NCBI GenBank assembly: GCA_051294375.1
Contig: CM119269.1
Location: 10,289,056-10,353,055 of the forward strand
Direction: 5' to 3'
Origin: Paraspadella gotoi
Taxonomy: Eukaryota > Animalia > Chaetognatha
DNA: 64,000 nt
In this document: one piece after another, positions 1 to 11,297 of the stretch
Layout: each line of letters opens with the position of its first letter
How positions within the stretch are numbered: position 1 is the stretch's first letter
Notes under the pieces: model-generated
Seen by the model: the letters and a program-made list of their open reading frames with translations, nothing else
Databases searched by the model: none
Told to the model about the DNA's origin: nothing
Program-made: the position numbers and the translations under genes

Positions 1-1141
1 TGATCGTGGGCAGATAACGATAACGATACCAATACAAAAAGATTCATCATAATCCATCCATTCGATCTTGAGTAGTTGGACCTCAAACCCAAGGAGTGAC
101 GGATGGACAAACTAACGGACAAACATATCGGTAAAGCAAGATCATCTCAAAATCTCAAATTGTAAAATACTCTGTTAGCTTTAAACGCCATTTACTTATG
201 AGTAGATAAGGCGATTGACTTAAAATTTTCTGCGATTAAGCTGAAAATTAAGTTTTGAAAGAATCGTCCAAGTGGAAATAAGTATAAATAAAAAAAAATT
301 AATCAATTTAATGTTGATTGTTTTTGCCTATATATAAAAGTTAAATATATATAACAACAAAAATAATTATAATTTATCAACTAATTAGGTTCTTACCGGT
401 AAATGAATGTTTGCTCAAAGTGTATCAAGATGGATTCAGATTTTCAAAAACGTTCACACAAGTGATCACACATATATATACTTTAATTTAAAACACCTTT
501 TATTCGATTTGAAATTCTCAACATGAGAGATCCCGGTCGACTTTTATCTGGCTCCTAAATTATGCAAATTAGCTTACGATCGAATTTGTCAGATAACGAT
601 GACGCTTCTATTCGCGTAATTTTTAAACGTTTTATTATTGTAATATAATAAATAATTGAATATTATAGTTTTTAGAATATTATTTTATAATATAAATAAT
701 TTATAGTATTTATACTAATATAAATAAGACAAAATAGCAATTAAATGAGATCTTGAATGCTTCTTTTTCTTACCAAAATGAGGAATTCAAAGAGATTTTT
801 GCATAAAATAAAATATTAACTATTTTGCTTGTTTAAGTTCCTTATTACATATAATATAATATAATTTTGTATTATAAATTGTATAATTCATTCGTTTAAG
901 TTACTATTATACGTGCTTTAATAAATAGGTAAATATGGAAAAACTTGATACAAGATTAAAATAACCAATAAAAGTAAAATTTAAAAAAAAATAATAATAC
1001 TAATATTAAAATTAGTATTTAATAATTTAATAATAATAATTAATAAAAAAATTATTTTAAAAATTACTGCAAGAAAGAATTTAATTATTTAAAATTATTA
1101 ATGAATATTTTCTATAATTTTTAAATAATTTTTAGTCATAC

Positions 1142-1303
1142 GGTTCCATTAGGATTGCTCACGTAGGAATACGTGGGAATACGTGGAATACGTGGGCGGA
1201 ATACTATGGGTGCAATTGTATGTGGCCCAATGCTACATGGGTGCAATCCTAGGGGCGCAATTTTATGGCCCATATAATACGTGGGCACAATACTGCTACC
1301 ACC
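1142..1303. mobile_element. Short element related to the 19364-20075 MITE family
   Basis: Starts GGTTCCATTAGGATT, matching the reverse complement of the right end of 19364-20075 (GGTTCCATTGGGATT). Ends TACTGCTACCACC. Internal degenerate ~15-bp repeats. No clean TSD. Confidence 0.5.
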
Positions 1304-3522
1304 GTATATACATATAGATAAGTGAAAAGAATCCATTCAATATCATAATCAATGATTTAAGTTATTTATGTTTGAATGATCAGGAAGAAAATTAAATACG
1401 ATCTAATAAATATTACTAAATTTGAATAGCAAATACATAGATTGGACGATTGGATCCTTTTTTGTGTTTGAGGCAACATGAACCGGGACTCATTTTTTGA
1501 TATGGTATAAATAACTGTCTCTATTAATTTGTTTAATTTTCTGATCATAATCAAAAAACTACTTTCATTTAATAAAGAAAACAGAGAAATTTTGAGAGGG
1601 AAACTTACTTCCAAGATTTTAAAGAATTGCTTTTGTTTTATAAGTTTTTGAAATCAAATCATTAATTATAAAATTAATCGAAACCTATTGTCTGTAATAA
1701 TGATAGATTGCTTTGTTAATTCTTCAATCAACCAAATTGAAAAAGTGAGTAAACAAATTATGATTAAAAACAATGATAATATGATAACATTTTAATTGTT
1801 AACAACAACGATGAAGGCTAACAATTAGTTCAAAAATGTCCATTTTTATGTAAAAACATTATGTGTTATTGTTAACCATTAAAAAGTTATTATTTCGTCT
1901 CTAAATCAACACAAATGAAAATAAATATACAATGACTAAAACTAAAAAAAATCCGAGATAATTTTTTATAATTGAAAAAAGTTTGACTATGGATGCTCAA
2001 ACTCCATTCATCCTTAATTATTGGCCTATTAATAGTTATAAAAATGAAACTATAGTACATAGGAAAAATGACTTCTATAATATAATAATAGTTTAGAAGA
2101 AGGGGATAAAATTGTAATCAAATCATATCCGTTTAAAGCATTTATGTTTTTGTATAAATATTGTCATTGTTAAAAAAATTTCATCTTTTATTAAATATTA
2201 ATTATTTTTATTGTTATTTATCATTTGACTATATAAGATCATATTTTATATTAATTTCTCTTTAAATATATGTTCAGACTGAATTTCAGTACAGCACAAA
2301 AAAAATAGCGATTAATTTCTAAAATGTTTTCCTATAAAAAACAGAAAAAACTATTAAAATTCACAACATGCAGCTACTAAAAACTTATAAAATTATTAAG
2401 CATTATGAAATTTATTAATAAACACTAGAAAATATTATTAATAATACATATGTTATTAAACAAGTTTGAGCAAACAATGTCGGATCTGCCTACGATAATT
2501 AATTAATTAATTGATTAATTAATTAATTAATAGATTAATTAATTAATAGATTTATTATAATTTATATTCAGCTTGTCATCATCGATGTCCTTAAAATTGA
2601 GTCAGGACAGTTATTAAATGTTTTGTTTACATTTTATCAAACAAACAAATATCTCTATTATCGAGCCAGGCCGGGCAAAGCCCGTCCTGTCTAGATTTTT
2701 TTTCCGGTTTAGCTTTCCGGTCTCGCTTTTTTGCAATCATGGCTTCTGAAAGTGTGATATCATAGGGAGTTGAAATTTTCATATATGGCTTCTAATCATC
2801 AAGATCTTTAAAATTCTCATGTTTCATATCAATATTGGTATTTGTTTATGTTTTTATTACAAAACAAAAACGTTTTAATTATATGTCGCTCTCTCTCTCT
2901 CTCTTTTTCTCCGTCACTGCTTCTTCTAAAAACGAGTTCCGGCTCTGCAGCGTCTGTCCAGCTTCTTTCTCTCTCTCTCTCTCTCCTCTTCTCTCCTCTC
3001 TCTCTTTTTTTTTTTACAAAAATTTTTTTAGATATAATGTGGTTCACTAATGTAAAAAATGATGCCGCGAACAGGGCGCGAACCCGGGTCCTTTGGGTAG
3101 AGAATAGCTCACGCTACGTGGCGGCGCCATAAGTACTGCTGATTCTTTAACGAGTAAAGGGGCTGTAGAGCTTCTTCTCTCTCTCTCTCTTTTAATTATT
3201 ATATATCGCTCTTTCTCTTTCTCTTTTTTCTGCAGCGGCTGTCTCTCTCTCTCTCTCTTTTTTCTTCTCTCTTCTGTCTCTCTGTCTCTCTGTGTGTGTC
3301 TGTCCCTATCTGTCCGATCTTTTGCGTGATCGTTTGTTTTTTTTGAAAAATTCTGATTATTTTTTTTTCTTCTAAAAACTTTTTATTATTGCCATTTATT
3401 CCGCGCTTTTTTCAATCACAAATCCCATATTTTCATCCGAGATTTTCGTGGATTTATTCTCTTTCTTTCTATCTCTCTCTCTTCCTCTCTCTCTCTTCTT
3501 TCTTTCTTTCTCTCCTCTCTCT

Positions 3523-3562
<40 letters not shown>

Positions 3563-3602
3563 CTTCTCTTCTTTCACTCATACACGCATTTGTTTTGTTT
3601 TA

Positions 3603-3830
3603 TTGACTATCATCGCATCAATGAATGACAATCATCGATCAATGAATGACATCATCGCATCACTGAATGACTATCATCACAGCAGTGAATGACTATCATC
3701 GCAATCAATAATTGATTATCATCGAATCAATAATCAATTCCTATTACATCAATAAATTACTATTCATATCAATCAATTAGTATTACCTCAATCAATTACT
3801 AGTACATCAACAATTCGTTATCGCATGATT
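3603..3830 (+). repeat. ~20-bp minisatellite (GACTATCATCGCATCAATGAAT-like)
   Basis: About 10 progressively degenerate tandem copies. Confidence 0.7.
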
Positions 3831-4099
3831 CATTCGTTTTTTTCCTGGGTTTTTTCATTAATTTTCTATGATAGTGGGCTCTGGCTCGATCTTGAGTCTT
3901 TTAAGATTTTTTTATTTTATGTCTCCTTCTCTCTCTCTCTCTCACTCTCTCTCTTTCTCTCCTCACTCTCTCTCTCTCTCTCTCTCACTCTCTCTTTCTT
4001 CTCTCTCTCTCTCTCTCTTTTATGCAATAGCGACGATCCTTATGCTTTTAAGATTTTTTTTAACTTGCCATCATTTTTCAACTTGCATCATTTTTTCAA

Positions 4100-5196
4100 C
4101 TTGCATTCCGTCAAAACTTTATATCTAGCTTCTTCACTCACTTTCCTACCGGCTCACAAAATTTCATCTCAATCTATCATGGGTTAAAAAAATAAAAAGA
4201 TTCAAGTAAATGTGACTCATATTTTTTTTCATTTAAACTCATTTCCACTGGTACGTTTCCACTGAAACTTTATATCAAGCTTCGTCATACGTTTTCCTAC
4301 CCACACACAAAAATTTCAACTCAATCTATCCATCCAATTATGATTAATTGGAGTATTTATTGGTTAAAATAAGTAAAAAGATTTTAGTAAATTCGACTTA
4401 TGTTTTTTCCATTTAAACTAATTTCCACTCACACGATTCCATCGAAATTTTATATCCAGCTTTATCACACACTTTCCACCCACACACAAAATTTAATTCC
4501 AATCCAACCAGCCAATCACGAGTTATTGGAGCTTTTTGCTAAGATGGGACGGATGGACGGATTGATTGACTAATTAATTAATTATTGATTAATTTATTTA
4601 CTAATTGATTAATTAACTGATTAATTATTTGATTTATTAATAAATCCTGCAGATACATTTAATATAAAAGGAAAAGAAGCATAATCAATTAGTAAAACAG
4701 GTTTTTTGTTTTTTTCCATTTAAACTCATTTCCACTCAAACTATTCCATCGAAACTTGATTTCCTGTTCAATCACACACTTTCCTACCCACATACAAAAT
4801 TCCAGGTCAATCAGCCCATCCACTCATAGGCAATTGTGTTTCAAATAGTGAATATATTTTTTTTGTTTTTTCCATTTAAACTCATTTCCACTCGGACGAT
4901 TCCATCGAAACTTAAATCCAGCTCAATCACACACTTACCTATCCACACACAAAATTTCATTTAAATCCATCCATCCAATCACGAGTAATTGGTGTTTTTT
5001 GCTAAGGTGGGACGGACGGACGGACGGACGGACGGCGACGGACGGACGGACGGACGGACGGACGGACGGACGGACGGACGGACGGACGGACGGACGGACG
5101 GACGGACGGACGGAACGGACGACGACATCATTTTTTTTGCATAATTTATCATAATTCGATGTTCTGACATGATATAAGTGTGTGCCCGACAATATT
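4100..5196 (-). mobile_element. Helentron-associated (HINE/DINE-1-like) element: (GTCC)n microsatellite followed by internal tandem repeats
   Basis: (GGAC)n at ~5010-5120 next to 4-5 diverged ~155-180-bp units containing CATTTAAACTCATTTCCAC (near 4230, 4409, 4716, 4872). Related sequence recurs near 38050-38280. Family assignment rests on architecture only. Confidence 0.45.
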
Positions 5197-6761
5197 GAGG
5201 GGGCGGACCGACGGACCGAAAAAGTGAGTTATAAAAAGTGAGTTATCTAAACTCATCGTCAGATTTCACAGGGAAAAGATGCTCTTTTTTATGAAAAATT
5301 CGCGAATATCCGCCAGGTTCGCTAGTATCTTTTGTTCTTTTTGACCGGCTTGACCGGTCTTTAACATTAAAAAGATACGAAATGACGTATTCGATCTCGG
5401 GATCTCTTATGTTCGATGCATTAAACTTAAATATTTTTATACGAAAATTATTTATATATACGTCTGATTAAGTGTGCAAACGTTTTTTATGAAACTCGAT
5501 GTCTGTAATATTACTAACTTTTGGGTCCAAACTTGTAATGCCCATATTTTTAGTTGGCGCACTTTTCAATTTTGACCATTGATTATTATGATTAACATCG
5601 TGGATTCGTGGTACTAGCCACTTGGTATACACTATACAGTATAAAGCGTTTATTTTATGTTGCGATATAATACTGCTTCAATGTCTAAATTTTTTGCTAA
5701 ATTAATGACTCAAGTTCGTACATATTTCGTTACGCGCTATTTAATGGTGAAAGGACGACGACTGTTTTTTTTTTGTTGTTGCTAAGGACGCTGCTGGCAT
5801 TGCTCTGTTTTTTTTTGTTCAGTGCCACTTTTAATCTCCCTTTCCCTTATTCGCCTTTCTTTATATATGCTCACGCAATCTTCTCATTTTCTTTCATTTT
5901 TCTTTTTTTCATGGCAAAACATTTTTTGTTTCTTTTCAATGCCTTTCCTAAAATTCTCTTACAATTTTAATGATAGGTCTTTGGACGTAAATATGTGTAG
6001 ATTGTAGAACCTAATCAAACTTTTTGTTATTAAATTAGTAATAATATTTTTGGAACACAAATATTTCTTAAACGTGTGGTAGATAATCTGACACTAAAAC
6101 AATTTTTGGAAAGTCGTCGAATCATTAACGAGACCGCGGTATTTGTTTTTGCTGTTGACATTAAATAAAAGAATAAAATTAATCTTAAAAACTAAAACTT
6201 TACTTAGTTGTGAGAGAATATTAAATTTAACCTTTCCATTACGGTCATATACACTGTGTCACCATTAAAACCGTAAAAAGTGTGCAAGATTGCAACCGCA
6301 CGCTAAACCATTGCCTTACGTTGCCGACCACAACTAGAGTCGCTGTCGTAACCGGACTTTAGCCAAACTGGCGTTAGATAATAAGTTTTCTTGATTTGAA
6401 AAGGTTTGAAATTAAAAATTCTAAAAGGTTCTGTTTGACTCAGCGAGAAGAAAAGAAGGGGTCTTTCTTATCGAATCACCTGTTATTTTTTTTCTTGTTT
6501 TTTTTTTTTTTTTTTTGGCGATTAATGAGAGCCATTAGGAAATCGATATTTGAAGCCAAGTAGGACAACTAGTTAACTACGACACAGAGTAAAAGTGTAT
6601 GCGACGGGGGAGAAGGTGACGCCATTGCTGAGCATGGAAATTTTCTGATGCGGCCAGGTATCTGAAGTACATTTACGTCGATAAATAAAATTTTTGATAA
6701 ATCAAGGCAAAAACAAAGTTTTATTTGATGAGCGGGGTTTTCTGTCTCTTCTGTCTCTCGT

Positions 6762-6914
6762 TGTAGATCGTCGCTCTTGCTTCCTTTTGTAAAAGTGTTG
6801 AAAAATATAAACAATCAATATCTGTTTATAAACATGGTTGTTTGTTATAATTCTATTGATATGTTTATATTTTTAAACACTTTTACTAAAGGATGTTAAG
6901 AGCGACGAACTACA
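6762..6914. repeat. Hairpin/MITE-like inverted repeat
   Basis: About 60-bp arms (TGTAGATCGTCGCTCTT...AAACAATCAATA and TATTGATATGTTT...AAGAGCGACGAACTACA) with a ~33-nt spacer. Confidence 0.7.
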
Positions 6915-8950
6915 TATTAATTGCTTTATTTTCTTTTAAGCAGAGTTTAGAAACCGTGACCAACTGAACTTTTTTGAGGGAGCTGATTTAATAACAATCA
7001 ACCAACTAGAACCAAAACATGTTTTTTTTTTTTCGCCCCATTTTAGCTTGAATTCTGAATGAGCATAATTTTTTTAGTTAAATCTTAAGTTAGATGTTAG
7101 GGATAAGGCTAGGGATTAAGGTTGGGGATTAGGGATTTAGGTTAGGGACTAGCATGTAGGGTTAGGGTTAAAAATTAGGGATTGTGTCGAAGACTGTTTC
7201 GCCACTACGGGGTCAACTCAACTTGGCCAATATGTTCAGTGGTCGCGAGGAAAACCGGCTACTAATATATATATAATATAATATATATATATCTCTCTTT
7301 CTCTTTTTCTCTCTTTCTTAGCGGCTGACGTGTAATAAAACTATGAAACAAACTTGATATGAAACTGATGTGAAACTGTGTTTAGCAATGTAAAAATTGT
7401 TGAAGACGACCAAACTTTTAATTATACAGTGTTTCAAGCGTATTGTCACTTGACGCGCTGTCAAATTGGTATGGTGAAATAAAAATTTGAAAGAAAAAAA
7501 TGTTGGTATTGTAGCATATCTTGTTACTAAGTATCGTGTTTATTACCATTTTTATTCATACAATACGCAGAGGGTGAAGTGAAAGTTTGGAATCAAAATT
7601 TAGCAGTTATATCTTGAAAACTATCATATTAATGAATACTAATCTGTATTTTTTTTATTTTACAAAATTTTAAAATGTTTTTTTTAGCTCTGAGAACAGA
7701 TTCAGATTCCTCGTTAAAAGTGGATGAAAGAAAATATAAATCTTTTTCAAAAATTATATCATTAAGTAGGTTTAAATTACAAAAAACTATATTTTCAAGT
7801 TCTAGTTGGTTGCGACTTCGCCATGGCGATATCGCCAGGGCTTTGCGATGTCGCCAGTCCCCCACTGGTGACCTCGCCAGTGATAAAAGTAGCGAATATA
7901 ATGAAAAGCGCAGCTAACACGGGGATGAACATCACCTACAGGCTCCTCCCCCAACCCTAACCCTAAACTAAGTCTCCCGTTCAACTCCATGCCTCTCCCC
8001 TAACCTAACCCAGGCCCGGCCTCCCGTACATCTCCGTACCTCAACCCTAACCCTAACCGCCTTTGATGCATCAACCATGGTCCCTCCCCAACCCTAACCC
8101 TAAACCAAGCCTCCCGTTCAACTCCATGCCTCTCCCCTAACCCTAACCCAGGCCTGGCCTCCCGTACATCTCCGTACCTCAACCCTAACCCTAACCGCCT
8201 TTGATGCATCAACCATGGGTCCCTCCCCCAACCCTAACCCTAAACCAAGCCTCCCGTTCAACTCCATGCTCTCCCCTAACCCTAAACGGGCCCAGGCCTC
8301 CCGTACATCTCCGTGCCTCAACCCTAATCCCTAATGTCCCTCGCCAGTACCTTCCTAAGCCTAACCCTATCGCGGGCCTCTGGTCATCAACAACACCCTC
8401 CCTACCCCTATACCTAAAATTGACATTAATAATAAGCCTAAAAATAAACTTAACTTAACTCAACCCTAACCCTAACACGGTTGGGCAGAGATGATATCAA
8501 AGAAACAAAAAAAGTGCCATCTTAGAAACCTGCAAAATTTTAAAGTACACCTATGAGGCACTCCCTGTGATAGGTTAGCAAATTCCGGTAAAGGCAGGTT
8601 TTTTTTTAAAAAGTAGTTGAAGTTTTTTTATTTTTTTTTTAACTTACCTCTGAACCAAGAACTTAATTTTTACAATTGTCACATAAAATTATATTGTTAT
8701 ATATCAAACATTATCTACGCGACAAGAGCTTTAATTTAAGACCACTCTCAACTTTCTGCGACTTTGCATTGTTGAGTTATTTATAAAAATAACTATTATT
8801 TTTTAAAAAATTAGGTTAAATGATTCATTATGACATGGTGTAATAATACTCCGTATAAATTAAATTTAAACAATGTCAACTGTTTTAATACCTTAAAAAT
8901 GTTAACAAGATGTCAATAATAAGAATTAAAAGAATAGAAAAATTAAGTGT

Positions 8951-9365
8951 TCAAATATGATTGGAATTGTAGGTTTCGACGGCCTTGAGCATTTTTTGTA
9001 AGTACATTGTTGAATATTTGTTTTTGACACGATATCCATCATAATCATTTTCAAAATCAGAATGAATACTTTCTGCTGTCGACTCATTAAGCAATCCGAG
9101 GCCAAAACCGTTTCTCTCAATTTCTTCCTCCACGTGTTCAAATACCATATGAAGTTTGGTTGTAATGGATAAATTCAACTTTTTGTAAATATTTTCAAAA
9201 TTTTTAATATATGTTCTGTAATTCGGATCTTAAACAGGAAGAAAATAGTTTTTACAATAAGGGTTTTTTTTTATTCTTGGTTGTAAATCTTTTTACCGAC
9301 ATCACATCCAAAACAGGCACCAACAACTGAATTAAATGCTTCAAACGCCTTAAAGTAGTTATACA
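8951..9365 (-). pseudogene. DDE transposase C-terminal fragment (Chapaev-like) with a 68-bp intron at 9229-9296
   Basis: Spliced translation YNYFKAFEAFNSVVGACFGCDV|DPNYRTYIKNFENIYKKLNLSITTKLHMVFEHVEEEIERNGFGLGLLNESTAESIHSDF...LKAVETYNSNHI*. The TxKxHxxxxH...GLG....xES.H motif surrounds the probable catalytic Glu. Confidence 0.8.
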
Positions 9366-9566
9366 CATCTTTAGGCCTGTGGGAAGATTGAGGACGGCCA
9401 TAAACCGCTTTGGGAACCTTGAAACCTATCTAGCCTAGTTCCAAGCCCAGGACCCTTTCCCTGGCTGATAGAAGGGTTAATTAAGTTGTGCCTAGTCACC
9501 TTAAGCCCACATAGTGCCTTATTCACTTATATCCATGTCTAATTTTATAATTTTGTTTTTAATCAG

Positions 9567-10030
9567 GGTAACGAGAGTCGAACACTTATCAAGAACAGAT
9601 GTTTTAATGAATATAATTCCTGAAGAGCATTATAACTACTTTAAGGCGTTTGAAGCATTTAATTCAGTTGTTGGTGCCTGTTTTGGATGTGATGTCAGTA
9701 AAAAGATTTACAACCAATAATAAAAAAAACCCTTATTGTAAAAACTATTTTCTTCCTGTTTAAGATCCAATTACAGAACATATATCAAAAACTTTGAAAA
9801 TATTTACAAAAAGTTGAATTTATCCATTACAACAAACTTCATATGGTATTTTGAACACGTGGAGGAAGAAATTGAGAGAAACGGTTTTGGCCTCGATTGC
9901 TTAATGAGTCGACAGCAGAAAGTATTCATTCTGATTTTGAAATATTATGATGGATATCGGTGTCAAAAACAAACAATGTACTTACAAAAAATGCTCAAGT
10001 GCCGTCAAACCTACAATTCCAATCATATTG
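9567..10030 (+). pseudogene. Second, inverted and frameshifted copy of the transposase C-terminal fragment
   Basis: Near-identical reverse complement of 8951-9365. It extends further 5' (GNESRTLIKN/DVLMNIIPEEHYNY) after an acceptor ttaatcag|. Confidence 0.75.
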
Positions 10031-10309
10031 AACACTAATTTTTCTATTCTTTAATCTTATTATTGACATCTTGTTAACATTTTTAAGGTATTAAAACAGT
10101 TGACATTGTTTAAATTTAATTTATACGGAGTAATTATTACACCATCATGTCATTATGAATCATTTAACCTAATTTTTTAAAAATAATTGTTATTTTATAA
10201 ATAACGCAACAATGCAAAGTCGTAGAAAAGTTGAGAGTGGTCTTAAATTAAAGCTCTTGTTGCGTAGATAATGTTTGATATATAACAATAAATTTTATGT
10301 GACAATTGT

Positions 10310-11104
10310 GACATTATCAAAAGCGTGGTGGAGGCCCCGCCGCCACCACGCCCGCACAATGATTCCCCGTCTCCACTCAACGAGACAGGCGGAGACCTTA
10401 CGCAGGCAAATGGGCAAACGATGCCACTCCTTCAAATGCAGAACTCAGCCCTCTCTCTGTGGACTGAGCGCCGCCAAAACGTCGGCTTCAGGAGGAAGGA
10501 GAGGAGTCTATCATCCCTGTTGCAAAAGCGCAAAAATAGACAATCGCCCGCCTCCCAGCAGGCGCAGAAGAGGGCAGCCGGCAGGCGTATCAGTCAGACC
10601 GAGACAATAAGAGTGGATTGGGAATTTTTTCCGCCTCGGTACAATCCCCGGTGCAGAATTACCGTTCAGTCGCACTCTCCTCTCAGCCACTGACAGGCCA
10701 ATGACCCGTCACCATCGTCCTGCCCTTCATTTGCAAAAAAACCAAGGGGGGCCAGCTCATTTTGAGCTCTTTCTTACTCTTAAATTTCATTTTAGTCCAT
10801 TTACTTACACTTTAAAATCTCATATTTCATTTTCACAAATTTCATTTCATTTTCACTTTCTATCCTTAACTATTATCCACTAGACAATTGTTACTTTTAC
10901 TAATTTAGTTTCAAAGCATTTATCTTTGTTGTACATTGCACAATGTATCATTTATTTATTTATTTATCCCTGTTCTTCTCTCTCTCTCTCTCCTAAGTTT
11001 CAACTTCTTTTCACACTTATTCAATCTGTCCTCACCTTGACCTGTCCTCTCTATCTGACCACTATTCTGTCTCACCACTTTGTTGGAAGACACTTTTTAC
11101 CTAT

Positions 11105-11138
<34 letters not shown>

Positions 11139-11297
11139 CTTTTATGCACAATTTTAAAACCATTACTGTCAAAACGCTGATGAAGACTTGTAAAACAAGT
11201 CGAAACATGTCTGTTCAACTATAAATAAAATTCGTTGCAAACAAAAACTTTGTCAATTCTCTAATTAATAGTAACAACGAAAAGAAGGATTACTTCA
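10310..11297 (+). mobile_element. Penelope-like/retrozyme-like retroelement fragment inserted in the Chapaev-like arm
   Basis: Absent from the opposite arm. Flanked by a 13-bp near-perfect duplication ATGTGACAATTGT / ATGTGATAATTGT (10297-10309 and 11298-11310). The 3' part carries a minimal hammerhead, AATAAA and a tail shared with the 20939-21268 element. Confidence 0.7.
11171..11216 (+). ncRNA. Minimal type I hammerhead ribozyme
   Basis: CTGATGA (11177-11183), A, GACTTG-taaaa-CAAGTC (6-bp stem II), GAAA, palindromic ACATGT stem III, GTC cleavage triplet (C11211). Short stem I AACG/TGTT. Confidence 0.82.

Noticed and set aside
3062-3130. Functional tRNA gene
   Set aside because: No convincing acceptor stem or D-arm. 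Kept only as a low-interest tRNA-like relic.
5225-5262. Minus-strand hammerhead-like CTGACGA followed by a GAGTT/AACTC stem
   Set aside because: The required GAAA and stem III/UH cleavage site do not follow the stem.
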